DNA of 64,000 bases from an uncultured Eubacteriales bacterium (GCA_934462825.1 CAKSIP010000004.1:19710-83709); one strand, 5' to 3'; shown: positions 9,562 through 19,928, counted from the stretch's first letter. Numbers and translations: made by a program. The notes: generated by a model not told the origin, from the letters alone.

Positions 9562-11025
9562 TTACATTTCCATAGCCACCGGGACGACATCGGCCGGAAT
9601 CGGGCAGACATATCCATGGCCGTCGGCTTTCCTTTTGGCAAATTCCGCGCGCGCCTCCTCCAAAATCGCCGGGTTTTCCCAAAGCTCGATGGCCGCACAA
9701 GCCAACACCTTCCCGGCATACAGCAGGCCCTTATCGCCAAGCGATGTCACGCCGCAGGACACATTCTGCCAGGAATGCCCCGGCGCTCCCGACGGGTATG
9801 TAACCGTTTTGATTTGCGCTGTGGGCGTTTGCCAACTCACATCCCCCACGTCCGTGGAACCGGGTGTAAAGGCATCCGTGGTCAGGAACGGAACCACAAA
9901 ATCGTTGATTGATTTTGCCCCGTGATGGGTTTTCTCGTCCACATAGGCCGCAATGGCCTTATCCAGGCGCCCTGCCTGTGCAGGACACGCCGCATGGGGG
10001 TAGGTTTGATACAAAGCATCGGCAAAGGCTGTTTCTTCCGAGGTATAGGAGGGGGCGCCCACCTCGCACATGTTTTTATAAAGCAGCTTTTCCAGCGTCG
10101 TATTCGGGAGCGTATTGGCTGTTCCGTCCACAAAGACCTTTTCAAACGTCGTTTCCGTCATCATAGCGGCTCCGGCGGCGATTTTATCGACGCGGGCGGC
10201 CAATGCCACCGTATCCTTCACGGCAATCGCCCGAATCATGTAGAGGACGGAGGCCTCTGCCTGCACCACATTGGGAGAAATACCGCCGTTATTGAGAATG
10301 GAATAATGAATCCTTGCGTCCGAAATCATGTGCTCCCGCAAAAACTGCACGCCCACATTCATCAGCTCCACGGCGTCCAACGCCGACCGCCCCTGCTCGG
10401 GATCACTCGCGGCGTGAGCCGCCACGCCGTGAAATTGGTACAGCACCTGAATGCAGGAATTGCAAGTGCCGCTGACAATTTCATTGGTATCTCCGGGATG
10501 CCATGTCAACGCAGCGTCCAAGGAACGCCAAATGCCCTCCCGCGCCATAAAGGCCTTACTTGCGCCGCCTTCTTCCCCCGGACAGCCAAAAAACACAATA
10601 GTTCCGCTTTTCTTTGTTTGCTCCAGATACTGCTTTACAGCCATCGCGGCGGCCAGCGATCCGGCGCCCAGCATATTATGGCCGCAGCCATGTCCGTTGC
10701 CTCCGGCGACGATTGGCTTGGCTTCCGTCGCGCCTCCTTGCTGGGAAAGGCCCGACAGCGCGTCAAATTCGGCAAGAATACCGATAACCGGCTTCCCGCT
10801 TCCATAATGCCCGGTAAAAGCCGTTGCAATGCCGCAAATATTCTCTTTTACGGTAAATCCGTTTTCCTTGAGAATTTTACAGTAAAGCTCCGCCGAGCGA
10901 TATTCTTTCAGAGAAAGCTCCGCATACTGCCAAATCTGATGGCTAATATCGACAAAGATTTCTTGATTGGATTCAATATAGTCCGCCGCCTCCGTTTTTG
11001 CTTTTTTCATTGCTGTATCATCCAT
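9562..11025 (-). CDS. M20-family amidohydrolase, AbgB-like (aminobenzoyl-glutamate utilisation protein B type)
   Basis: 487 aa. Metal-binding GNGHGCGHNMLG motif, with AbgB-like length and N-terminus. AGGAGG SD 9 nt upstream of the ATG. Confidence 0.8.
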   Translation of the reverse strand: MDDTAMKKAKTEAADYIESNQEIFVDISHQIWQYAELSLKEYRSAELYCKILKENGFTVKENICGIATAFTGHYGSGKPVIGILAEFDALSGLSQQGGATEAKPIVAGGNGHGCGHNMLGAGSLAAAMAVKQYLEQTKKSGTIVFFGCPGEEGGASKAFMAREGIWRSLDAALTWHPGDTNEIVSGTCNSCIQVLYQFHGVAAHAASDPEQGRSALDAVELMNVGVQFLREHMISDARIHYSILNNGGISPNVVQAEASVLYMIRAIAVKDTVALAARVDKIAAGAAMMTETTFEKVFVDGTANTLPNTTLEKLLYKNMCEVGAPSYTSEETAFADALYQTYPHAACPAQAGRLDKAIAAYVDEKTHHGAKSINDFVVPFLTTDAFTPGSTDVGDVSWQTPTAQIKTVTYPSGAPGHSWQNVSCGVTSLGDKGLLYAGKVLACAAIELWENPAILEEARAEFAKRKADGHGYVCPIPADVVPVAMEM

Positions 11026-11085
11026 GTGCTTTTTCCTCCTTTATAAGGAAAAGGGACGACCGGCCCCTTACAACAGCCGCCGCCC

Positions 11086-11126
11086 TTTTCATTTTTCATT
11101 TTTCGTTTTTCGTTTTCCGTTTTGCA
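11086..11126 (-). repeat. heptamer tandem array (YGAAAAA)x6 in mRNA sense
   Basis: Plus-strand units ttttca/tttttca/tttttcg/tttttcg/ttttccg/ttttgca. The array starts 7 nt after the ABC ATPase stop. Confidence 0.85.
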
Positions 11127-11133
11127 TTCTCTT

Positions 11134-12141
11134 TCAATGAAGAACCTTACTCAAAAACTCTTTGGTTCGCTCATTTTGCGGATGACCGAAAAGTTCTTCG
11201 GGATTTCCCTGTTCCGCAATCACGCCGCCATCCATAAACAGCACACGATCAGAAATCTCCTTGGCAAAGCCCATTTCATGGGTAACAATTACCATGGTCA
11301 TCCCTTCCCCGGCCAGCTGTTTCATAAGATCCAGCACCTCTCCGATCATTTCAGGATCCAGCGCGCTGGTTGGTTCGTCAAACAGCATCACATCCGGGTT
11401 CATCGCCAAGGCACGTACAATGGCGATTCTCTGCTTCTGACCGCCGGAAAGTGTAGACGGATAGACATCCGCTTTGGATTCCAATCCAATGCGGCGCAAA
11501 AGCTCCATCGCCTTGGCCTCGGCCGATATTTTCAATTCTTCTTTAGAGGGGGGGAGCGGGATCAGCGCCTTTTTTTGCTTGGAAAACAAATTGGCCAGGC
11601 GAATCGCACGGTTTTTTTTCTTTACCCGATTCCACTTTTCCACGCCCGTTTTGACCGGGGCAAACATGATGTTTTGTTTGACGGTTTTATTGTTGAACAA
11701 ATTGAAGGATTGGAACACCATTCCCATCTTTTGACGGGCTGTATCTATATCAATATAATTTTCCCGGTAAATTTCTTTGAGCTTTTTGCGATATTCTTTT
11801 CCCTCGGCATTAAACTTTTCATGCAGGAGATCTTCCGCCTTGATCTTCATGATAGCGTCCATGTCCGCCATACCCGCGTCTACCAGCTTGCGGTAGGTAT
11901 GGGACGCACGAATCACGTCGAAGTGCAAATACGGATCCACCGGTGTGAGAAGCTTTCCCTCCATCCACACCTCTCCGTAGGTGGGTGTTTCCAAAAGATT
12001 CATGCAACGAAGAAGCGTACTTTTCCCGGAGCCGGAGGGACCGATGATGGACACAACCTCTCCCTCCTCAATATCGGCCGACACACCGCGAAGCACTTCG
12101 AGCTTGGCAAAATTTTTATATATGTTCTTAATTTCAAGCAT
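11134..12141 (-). CDS. amino-acid ABC transporter ATP-binding protein (GlnQ type) with two insertions
   Basis: Walker [11 protein letters not shown]-loop [10 protein letters not shown], signature LSGGQKQR, Walker [14 protein letters not shown]. It is 335 aa, against the ~240 aa I remember for this family. Confidence 0.85.
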   Translation of the reverse strand: MLEIKNIYKNFAKLEVLRGVSADIEEGEVVSIIGPSGSGKSTLLRCMNLLETPTYGEVWMEGKLLTPVDPYLHFDVIRASHTYRKLVDAGMADMDAIMKIKAEDLLHEKFNAEGKEYRKKLKEIYRENYIDIDTARQKMGMVFQSFNLFNNKTVKQNIMFAPVKTGVEKWNRVKKKNRAIRLANLFSKQKKALIPLPPSKEELKISAEAKAMELLRRIGLESKADVYPSTLSGGQKQRIAIVRALAMNPDVMLFDEPTSALDPEMIGEVLDLMKQLAGEGMTMVIVTHEMGFAKEISDRVLFMDGGVIAEQGNPEELFGHPQNERTKEFLSKVLH

Positions 12142-12865
12142 GCGACTTCATCCTCTTTTCCAGCAATTTCAACCCTTTGGACAAAATAAAGGTTAGAACA
12201 AAGTAAATCACACCGACAATCATCAACGTCGGAAGCGAGTTGTGCGTCACACCCACCACATCTTTATAAATCGTCATAAGCTCTCCGACAAAGAAGGTTG
12301 AAGCCAACGAGGTTTCTTTAATGATGGTGATAAATTCATTGCCGAGTGCGGGAAGTATGTTCTTTACCGCCTGCGGAAGAACGATATGCAGCATCGTGGT
12401 TGCGCCACTCAAGCCAAGGCTCCGGGAAGCCTCCGTTTGTCCCTTATCCACCGATTCAATGCCCGAACGAATGATTTCCGAAACATAGGCTCCGCTGTTT
12501 ATAATCAGCGCAATGGCCACGCAGACAAACGCCATCGGTTGAGGATCCACGCTCTTCAATTTGGTGATAAACATGGGGACGATAAAATAGCCCACGTACA
12601 GCTGCAAAAGCGACGGAGTACCGCGAACCACTTCCACAATGGCTGTAATGATGCCGCGAAGAATCTTAAATCTGGACATTTTCCCGATGGCAAAAAGAGA
12701 TCCGAGAATCGCTCCTCCTGTCACCACAATCAAGGACAAAAGCAGCGTATATCCCACGCCTTTTGCAAGAAAAACGTACCAATATTTAGAAAATATGGTT
12801 CCCATGTCTCTAAGAAGATCGATAAAATTCACTGTTACAGGCCATCGCTTTCCGCCGGAAAGCAT
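12134..12865 (-). CDS. amino-acid ABC transporter permease
   Basis: EAA-loop [23 protein letters not shown]. Start moved to the ATG at 12865 (AGGAAAGG SD). The ORF-track TTG start at 12958 lies inside a 12-bp hairpin. Confidence 0.8.
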   Translation of the reverse strand: MLSGGKRWPVTVNFIDLLRDMGTIFSKYWYVFLAKGVGYTLLLSLIVVTGGAILGSLFAIGKMSRFKILRGIITAIVEVVRGTPSLLQLYVGYFIVPMFITKLKSVDPQPMAFVCVAIALIINSGAYVSEIIRSGIESVDKGQTEASRSLGLSGATTMLHIVLPQAVKNILPALGNEFITIIKETSLASTFFVGELMTIYKDVVGVTHNSLPTLMIVGVIYFVLTFILSKGLKLLEKRMKSHA

Positions 12866-12941
12866 CCTTTCCTTCTTTGATTCCGAAACGCACGGAAGCT
12901 TCGGATAACAGACCGTGCCGATTTCGCGCAATAACTCTTTT

Positions 12942-12970
12942 CGGGACGGCTCCAACAAGGAGCCGTCCCG
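12942..12970 (-). other. intercistronic hairpin between the amino-acid SBP gene and the permease gene
   Basis: 12-bp perfect stem CGGGACGGCTCC/GGAGCCGTCCCG with loop AACAA. Confidence 0.6.
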
Positions 12971-12997
12971 TGAAGCAATTTATGTTTCTATGGATTT

Positions 12998-13924
12998 TTA
13001 CTTGGTTCCGGTAATCTTGTTTCCCTGATCGTCGTAGCCAAGCTCGTCGGCCGTCTTAATGCCGGAATAGATCTGGCAAGCTTCATACCAGCCTTCATAC
13101 AAATTGGCGGACATGGCTTTGCCCAGCGCGGCATTCACCTTTTCAAGGAGTGCGGCATTATTTTTGTTCAGCAGAATGACGTTGTTTTTGTACTTCTCCT
13201 CCACCTGAAATTCAAAGCCGGAGAAGCAAACGCTGTCTTCATTCCCGGATATGAAGGCGTCTCCATTGCCCTTGGCAACCGCCAACGCATCAATATTTCC
13301 GTTTTTCAACGCGGCGAAAAGGTCGTTAAGGTTGTCCATTTTCACCATGGTTGCGCCCTTAGTGACAAGCTGTTCGCTCACCAGCAGCTCTTGCAACGAG
13401 CCGCCCTGTGCGCCCACCTTGGCATCCTTGAAGCTCTCAGCCGTTTTGAACTTGTCGGCGTTGGCCTTTGTCGTAATCACAAACTGCTCCGTTTCGTTGT
13501 CACCGGCCACATAGTAATCGGAGATCAGGAAGGTTTCGGCACGCAATGCCGTCCAGGAGAACCCGGAAATAGCCAGATCCGCGCTGCCGGAAGTGACAGC
13601 CGCCATGCAGGAATCAAAGCTCATCGGCTTGATTACCAGCTTCATATTCAACTCTTTGGCGATGTACTTAGCCAAAATAATATCAAAGCCAACATATTGA
13701 TCCTGACCGCTCTTGGACAGATCCGAAAATTCCATCGGAGCAAAGTCGGGCGAGGTGGCCACGGTCAGCGTGGGAAGATCGGCGTCGTTAAATTTCAAGT
13801 CCTTTACGATTTTATCATAGGCCTTCTTCAAATCCGCCTCAGGATCCTTTTCGCAGGAAGTAAATGCCACTGCCATAGAAAGAACCGTTACAAGCGCCAA
13901 AACGGCACACAATATTTTTTTCAT
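12998..13924 (-). CDS. amino-acid ABC transporter substrate-binding lipoprotein
   Basis: Signal peptide with lipobox (MAVAFTSC). Periplasmic-binding-protein type 3 layout. First gene of the SBP-permease-ATPase operon. Confidence 0.8.
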   Translation of the reverse strand: MKKILCAVLALVTVLSMAVAFTSCEKDPEADLKKAYDKIVKDLKFNDADLPTLTVATSPDFAPMEFSDLSKSGQDQYVGFDIILAKYIAKELNMKLVIKPMSFDSCMAAVTSGSADLAISGFSWTALRAETFLISDYYVAGDNETEQFVITTKANADKFKTAESFKDAKVGAQGGSLQELLVSEQLVTKGATMVKMDNLNDLFAALKNGNIDALAVAKGNGDAFISGNEDSVCFSGFEFQVEEKYKNNVILLNKNNAALLEKVNAALGKAMSANLYEGWYEACQIYSGIKTADELGYDDQGNKITGTK

Positions 13925-14177
13925 TGTTCATTTCCCCTTTTCTTTTTGAAGTTTTTTTGCTTTCGTTTAGCATGGCATAATTATACTGCATAATATTCAT
14001 GCTGTCAATAGGCATGTATGACAAAGTTTTGCAATATTTTTTAGTATTTGCTATCGCATTTGCACATTTTGTATGCTATTTTGAAATGATCGAATGAATA
14101 ATATTCATTTTATATGAATATAAATAAGCAGTTTTTTAGCCAAATCCATAGCCGAAATCCCAACCGGAATTTTTGAA

Positions 14178-14213
14178 GGGCTGCTGAAACCCCACGAGGG
14201 ATTTCAACAGCCC
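14178..14213 (-). terminator. imperfect hairpin downstream of the BMP operon
   Basis: 14 of 16 positions paired, with loop ACGA, 13 nt after the permease stop. No clear U-tract. Confidence 0.4.
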
Positions 14214-14225
14214 CAATTGCCTTTC

Positions 14226-15227
14226 CTATCTTTCCTCTCGGAAATAAGCCAGCCCCAAAGAAGCCGGCGGTTGATTTTCACGCTTTCTTCTCATGCTGGT
14301 AATAATCAAAACCAAGATCGTCACCACGTACGGAAGCATTTGGAAAAGCGGCGTCCAGGTCGTACCGATTGTCAGGTTGGCGTCAAGAATATAAAGCCCT
14401 CCGAACAAGTAGGAGCCGAACATACCGACAATCGGCTTCCACATGGCAAAGATAACCAACGCAATAGCCAGCCAGCCTCGATCCCCGAAGGATCCGTTGT
14501 CCCAGCCGCCGTTGGAATAAGCCATGACAAATTCAAGGCCGCCAAGACCTGCAATAGCACCGCCGATGCAGGTAGACACGTATTTGTAAAGTGTCACATT
14601 GATGCCGGCCGCATCCGCCGTAGCTGCATTTTCGCCCACGGCACGAAGCTGAAGTCCGATTCTTGTTTTTTTCAGAACGATAGCCACCACAATCGCCAAG
14701 ACGATAGCCAAATAGACCATAAAGCCATGCGACAGGAAAATTTCTCCGAACCAGCCGAGCTTTTCCGCAAATGGCAACGAGGTATTATAATATTTGGCCA
14801 AGCGGCGCAGGGAAAGTGATGCGGTTCCCATGAGCATTTCGCCATCCGCGGCGGTTTTCGTCAATTTGATCAGCGATCCGCCGAAGAAGTTTCCAAAGCC
14901 AACGCCAAAGGTCGTCAGCGCCAGCCCTGTTACATTTTGGTTCGCGCGCAGGGTGACGGTGAGAAAACAATACAGAAGCGAGGCAAGCCCCGATCCGATC
15001 AAGCAGCAGATCAAGGGAATCAGCACCGCGCCCACCGGGGATATGGAGCCTCCCTCCTGATAAAAGTACCCGCCGATTACGCCGGAAATGGCTCCGATAT
15101 ACATAATTCCGGGGATTCCGAGATTCAGGTTTCCGGATTTTTCTGTCAAAATTTCTCCGGTAGAGCCAAACAGAAGCGGTGTTCCCTGCACAATGGCACT
15201 GGAAATAAAATACGGAACATTAAACAT
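14226..15227 (-). CDS. ABC transporter permease (BMP/nucleoside-type, NupQ-like)
   Basis: 333-aa polytopic protein. Abuts the upstream permease gene. Part of the BMP-ATPase-permease-permease operon. Confidence 0.8.
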   Translation of the reverse strand: MFNVPYFISSAIVQGTPLLFGSTGEILTEKSGNLNLGIPGIMYIGAISGVIGGYFYQEGGSISPVGAVLIPLICCLIGSGLASLLYCFLTVTLRANQNVTGLALTTFGVGFGNFFGGSLIKLTKTAADGEMLMGTASLSLRRLAKYYNTSLPFAEKLGWFGEIFLSHGFMVYLAIVLAIVVAIVLKKTRIGLQLRAVGENAATADAAGINVTLYKYVSTCIGGAIAGLGGLEFVMAYSNGGWDNGSFGDRGWLAIALVIFAMWKPIVGMFGSYLFGGLYILDANLTIGTTWTPLFQMLPYVVTILVLIITSMRRKRENQPPASLGLAYFREER

Positions 15228-16424
15228 TTATTTTGCGACCTCCTCTGTTTTCTTTGCTTTGCCGGCAAAAAGCTTTTTCAGCCTTGCTCCGGGCAACACT
15301 TTATATTGTACAAAAAATTCGCATCCGATAATCAAGAACAAGAAAATTCCCAACACGATGTCAGACAGAGCCGTGGAAATTTCAAGACTTGGCAACGTAG
15401 CCACTTCATGCGCGCCCGTTTGCAAAAACACAAACAGGAAAGCGGAAAAGATCATGGTAAAGGGGCTGAATTTAGCCAACCAAGACACCATAATGGCCGT
15501 AAAACCGCGCCCGGAAAGGGTATTTGGGGAAATGCTCTGTGAGGTTCCCACCAACAAAAAGCCGGCGAGGCCGCAAATAGCGCCCGACAGAATCATGGTA
15601 CGGATGATGACTTTTTTTACATTGATTCCTATATAACGTGCCGTGTTTTCGCTTTCTCCCACAACGGAGATCTCATAGCCGTGCTTACTGTATTTCAGGT
15701 AAACAAAAATCAAGACCGTTACGATGGCCACGATGATAACCGAAAACAAGCATTTTACCAAGGCATTTTTGGATCCGATCAGCGAATAAATCTTCTGTTC
15801 GGGATCCAGGAGCCAATAGTCGATGCTGGCGCTTTTCTTGTTCCAAATATTCATAAAGAATTGGATCAGCTGCATCGCTACGTAGTTCATCATCAAAGTG
15901 AACAGCGTTTCGTTTGTGCCCCATTTTGCTTTGAAAATAGCCGGGATCATCCCCCACAGCGCTCCGGCAACCAAGCTGCTGACAAACATCACGACAATCA
16001 GCAAAACCGGGGGCATCGTTCCCTTCAGGTAAAACATACAAATGGCTGTGGCCAGACCGCCGATCAAAGCCTGTCCTTCGGCTCCGGTATTCCAAAAACG
16101 CATTTTGAAAGCCGGCGTTACCGCCAAGGACACGCAAAGCAGCACTGCCACTTCTTCCAACACTACCATAAAATTATCTTTGGTTCCGAAAACCCCATGG
16201 AACATGGTAGTGAAAAATGTAACGGGAGACAGCTTTGTTAAAAACAACACAAGCAGTCCCGACAAAAGCATAGCGGCCAGGATTGCACATAAGCGAATCA
16301 ACCAGCCCTTCCACCAAACAAGCTCGCTTCGTTTTATGATGTGGAAAAGCGGATCCCGTGCTTTCTTTTCTTTCGTCGTCACGGCGTCCTGCGGCGCTTT
16401 CACTGTTTTCGCTTCATGACTCAT
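15228..16424 (-). CDS. ABC transporter permease (BMP/nucleoside-type, NupP-like)
   Basis: 398-aa polytopic protein. Its start overlaps the ATPase stop by 11 nt. Confidence 0.8.
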   Translation of the reverse strand: MSHEAKTVKAPQDAVTTKEKKARDPLFHIIKRSELVWWKGWLIRLCAILAAMLLSGLLVLFLTKLSPVTFFTTMFHGVFGTKDNFMVVLEEVAVLLCVSLAVTPAFKMRFWNTGAEGQALIGGLATAICMFYLKGTMPPVLLIVVMFVSSLVAGALWGMIPAIFKAKWGTNETLFTLMMNYVAMQLIQFFMNIWNKKSASIDYWLLDPEQKIYSLIGSKNALVKCLFSVIIVAIVTVLIFVYLKYSKHGYEISVVGESENTARYIGINVKKVIIRTMILSGAICGLAGFLLVGTSQSISPNTLSGRGFTAIMVSWLAKFSPFTMIFSAFLFVFLQTGAHEVATLPSLEISTALSDIVLGIFLFLIIGCEFFVQYKVLPGARLKKLFAGKAKKTEEVAK

Positions 16425-17967
16425 GCGAATGCTCTCCTTCCTTTTCGGCTTCGGTTTTTGTCATCAGCAAGCCGATTTCTTCCTTCACCGCGCTTCTTCC
16501 ATCGACCAAACCGGTTACACGGCCGGCATTGATCACAAGAATCCGGTCGCACAGCTCAATCAAAACGTCCAAATCTTCTCCCACAAAAACCACTGCCACG
16601 CCGTTTTCCTTCTGCGCGTTCAGAAGGTTATAAATCATATAGGAGGAGTTGATATCCAAGCCGCGCACGGGATAGGCCGCCATCAGCACGGACGGTGCGG
16701 CCGCGATTTCGCGTCCCACCAAAACCTTCTGCACGTTGCCGCCCGAAAGACGGCGAACCGGGGTTGTCGCGCCGGGCGTTACCACTTCCAAGCTTTTGAT
16801 AATCTTCTCCGCCAATGTTTTAGGCGATTGACGGTTTACAAACAGCGACCGGCCTTTACGATAGCTTCGCAGCATCATATTATCAATAATATCCATGTTC
16901 CCGACCAATCCCATACCAAGGCGATCCTCAGGAACGAAAGAAAGGCGCACGCCAAGATCCCGAATCTGCATGGGCGTTTTATCGCGGAGATTTACGGTTT
17001 CTCCGTTTTTGGGGTTATTATACAGGATGCTTCCGCTCTGCAAATGCTGCAAGCCGGCAATGGCCTCCAGCAATTCCCGCTGACCGCTACCGGCAATGCC
17101 GGCAATGCCGAGAATTTCCCCGCTCCGCGCTGTAAACGATATATGATCGAGAATCTTCACGCCTTCGGGGGTGGAAAGCTGGACGTCGGACACAATCAAA
17201 CGATCCACAGGGTTTTTCGGCTCTGAGCGTTCAATATTCAGCGATATTTTCTTGCCCACCATCATTTCCGTCAGCTGATTTTCATCCGTATCTGCGGTTT
17301 CCACCGTGGCAACGTGTCTTCCCTTGCGAAGAATTGCCACTCGATCCGAGATCGCAAGCACTTCGTGCATTTTATGCGTAATAATAATGATGGATTTTCC
17401 GTCCGCTTTCATACGGCGAAGCACGGCAAAAAGCTTATTGGTTTCCTGCGGCGTAAGCACGGCAGTCGGCTCATCCAAGATGAGAATGTTGGCGCCCCGA
17501 TAAAGCACCTTGACAATTTCCACCGTTTGCTTTTCCGACACCGACATATTATAAATCTTTTTCTGAGGATCAATCTCGAATCCGTAGCGTTCCGAGATTT
17601 CGGACACGCGTTTCTCAGCGTTTTTCAGGTTATATCTCTCCTGCTCATGAATGCCGAGAATGATATTTTCCGTGGCCGAAAACACATCCACCAGCTTAAA
17701 ATGCTGGTGAATCATTCCGATCCCATACCGGAAGGCATCCTTAGGAGAGGCTATTTTAGCAAGTTTTCCGTCAACGAAGATTTCTCCCTCGTCGGGGTAA
17801 TAAATGCCTGTGATCATGTTCATCAGTGTGGTTTTCCCGCTTCCGTTTTCACCGAGAACAGCAAGGATCTCGCCTTTTTTGAGCGACAGATCCACATCTT
17901 GATTGGCCACAATGCTACCAAAGCTCTTGGTGATATGACGCAGCTCCAATGCGTAAGTTTCTGACAC
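16414..17967 (-). CDS. ABC transporter ATP-binding protein, duplicated ATPase (NupO/RbsA type)
   Basis: Two nucleotide-binding domains (Walker A GENGSGKTT and GIAGSGQRE), with signature LSGGNVQK in the second half. Confidence 0.9.
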   Translation of the reverse strand: MSETYALELRHITKSFGSIVANQDVDLSLKKGEILAVLGENGSGKTTLMNMITGIYYPDEGEIFVDGKLAKIASPKDAFRYGIGMIHQHFKLVDVFSATENIILGIHEQERYNLKNAEKRVSEISERYGFEIDPQKKIYNMSVSEKQTVEIVKVLYRGANILILDEPTAVLTPQETNKLFAVLRRMKADGKSIIIITHKMHEVLAISDRVAILRKGRHVATVETADTDENQLTEMMVGKKISLNIERSEPKNPVDRLIVSDVQLSTPEGVKILDHISFTARSGEILGIAGIAGSGQRELLEAIAGLQHLQSGSILYNNPKNGETVNLRDKTPMQIRDLGVRLSFVPEDRLGMGLVGNMDIIDNMMLRSYRKGRSLFVNRQSPKTLAEKIIKSLEVVTPGATTPVRRLSGGNVQKVLVGREIAAAPSVLMAAYPVRGLDINSSYMIYNLLNAQKENGVAVVFVGEDLDVLIELCDRILVINAGRVTGLVDGRSAVKEEIGLLMTKTEAEKEGEHSHES

Positions 17968-18078
17968 GTTTTGTCCCCCTTTATTTCAGGCTACCGCACG
18001 TCTGTGCTTTGGCCAAACGAATCGTTTTCTACTCTTTGATTTGATTTTTTAATCTTTATCTTTATCTTGACTTTTGGA

Positions 18079-18147
18079 CTGTTTTCCGTAAAAAACGCAA
18101 AAAGTATCATCACGCTGTCTACGCCTTGTGTTTTTTACGCAAAACAG
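18079..18147 (-). other. long-range hairpin in the BMP-ATPase intercistronic region
   Basis: CTGTTTTCCGTAAAAAAC pairs with GTTTTTTACGCAAAACAG at 17 of 18 positions, with a 33-nt loop. Confidence 0.45.
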
Positions 18148-18171
18148 CCTCGGCAAAAACAAGCAAATTAA

Positions 18172-18208
18172 CCCGAAACAGGCGGGCATAATGTCCACCT
18201 GTTCCGGG
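18172..18208 (-). terminator. attenuator/terminator-like hairpin after the BMP lipoprotein gene
   Basis: CCCGAAACAGG/CCTGTTCCGGG plus an inner GGG/TCC extension. Followed by a U-rich stretch (TTAATTTGCTTGTTTTTG) on the minus strand. Confidence 0.5.
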
Positions 18209-18264
18209 ATTGCCGTTCACTGAGTTCGGCTGTAACAATCTGCCAACCGCAGAATTATGACAGC

Positions 18265-19515
18265 TTAGTTGTCTACGTTCAGCTCTGTAATGCCGTCAAT
18301 TCTTACATCGAAGTAAGGAGCGGAGCGGAAGTCGGACTCTGCGAAGTAACCGTCTTTGATTACTTCATGGCCTTCCACCTTATAGGAGGTCTGCTTCTCG
18401 CCCTTAACCGTGTAGGAATCGGTCGAGAACACATGAATCTTACCTGCCTCAAAATCCTTAACTACAGCCTTGAGCTTTTCAACTGTATCGCTGGTTGCTG
18501 CATCCTTGTTGAGCTTGCTCAGCACAACCGAACCGGTTGCAAGTGTGCCGCACCAGTTGGCATCAATGGTCTTATTGTTTACTGCACCGTCGATGATGTA
18601 GTAGAAGTAAGGTGCCCAGTTAATAGCAGAAGAAATCACGAACGTCTTGGGGCAGGAAAGAACTGTGCTGCCGTTGTAAGAAACGTTCGGAACGCCGGCT
18701 GTCTCGCAAGCCTCGGGAGCGCCCATGGAGTCTGCATGCTGGCTGATAAGAACGCATTTGTCGTTTTTGATCAGGGATTCAGCGGCCTGTTTCTCCTTGG
18801 TATAGTCATACCACATTCTGGTGTAACGAACCTTCATGGTAACGTCCGGGCAAACCGATCTTGCGCCGAGGAAGAAGGATGTGTAACCGGAAACCACTTC
18901 TGCGTAGGGGAATGCGCCAACATAACCGATGACGGCTTCTTCCTTCTTGATTTTACCGGAATCAATCATTTCCTTGATCTTCAGGCCGGCAGCCACACCT
19001 GCAAGGTATCTGCCTTCATAAATGGAAGCAAATGCATTGTGGTAGTTGCTGGGAACATTTTCCAAGCCTGCCTGGGTTCCGGTAGCATGGCAGAACTGAA
19101 CATTGGGGTTCTCCTGTGCTGCCTTGATCATGTTAGCTTCATGGCCGAAAGAATCGGCAAAAACGATTTTGCAGCCTTTGGTAACCAATCTCTTAGCGGC
19201 ATCGTAGCAGTCGTTTCCTTCTTCGGAAATGTTCTTTTCAATAATAATCTGATCGTCTTTCAGGCCGAGGTGTGCTTTTACTTTGTTAACAGCGTTGATG
19301 AAGTTCAGGTCATAAGTGGAGTTTTCATCATGAAGAAGAATGAAACCGATCTTGAAGTCTTCCGGCACGGTAAACTTTGCACCCAATGCCACGTCCTCAA
19401 GTATCGTAACCTGCTCACCGGTCTTTTCATCTTCCTTTTTGCACGAAGCAAGACCAAGACACAGCGAAGCTGCCATTACCACCACGAGGGCAAGGGACAG
19501 AATTTTCTTGAACAT
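18265..19515 (-). CDS. BMP-family ABC transporter substrate-binding lipoprotein
   Basis: Lipobox LGLASC. BMP/Med/PnrA-like length and composition. Leads the nucleoside-type ABC operon. Confidence 0.85.
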   Translation of the reverse strand: MFKKILSLALVVVMAASLCLGLASCKKEDEKTGEQVTILEDVALGAKFTVPEDFKIGFILLHDENSTYDLNFINAVNKVKAHLGLKDDQIIIEKNISEEGNDCYDAAKRLVTKGCKIVFADSFGHEANMIKAAQENPNVQFCHATGTQAGLENVPSNYHNAFASIYEGRYLAGVAAGLKIKEMIDSGKIKKEEAVIGYVGAFPYAEVVSGYTSFFLGARSVCPDVTMKVRYTRMWYDYTKEKQAAESLIKNDKCVLISQHADSMGAPEACETAGVPNVSYNGSTVLSCPKTFVISSAINWAPYFYYIIDGAVNNKTIDANWCGTLATGSVVLSKLNKDAATSDTVEKLKAVVKDFEAGKIHVFSTDSYTVKGEKQTSYKVEGHEVIKDGYFAESDFRSAPYFDVRIDGITELNVDN

Positions 19516-19899
19516 TTTTTGTTCCTCCGTTTTTTGTTTTTTTATGTTATTTTACAAAGGGATATGGCATCCCTAATTGTAACAAAAGAATGGGAAATGC
19601 ACCTTTCACGCTTTTCGCGTGGCGCACACGGCAATGAAAAAAGGCGAAACCGATTACCGCTCTGGCAATTTCATTTCGTCTTATTCCTCTTGCATTCTAT
19701 ATATTTAGAACAGAATTTACACTTTCCCCGTGGTCGTTTTCCGAAAGGGAGGTATAATTTCCTACTTTATTATAAGCATGATAGTTACACTTATTGCGTT
19801 GAATTTGATTATCCATGCCAACGTATGAAAGAAAGCATTTCAAGGACGTCATCCCTTTTCCTCCGAAAATCATATTTCTTTTGCAACAAGTATAGATAC

Positions 19900-19928
19900 A
19901 TTATACACGAAACAACGCAAAAATACAA
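19900..19928 (-). promoter_or_regulatory. candidate promoter TTGTAT-17-TATAAT for the BMP nucleoside ABC operon
   Basis: -35 at 19923-19928 and -10 at 19900-19905 on the minus strand. This implies a ~380-nt leader. Confidence 0.5.
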
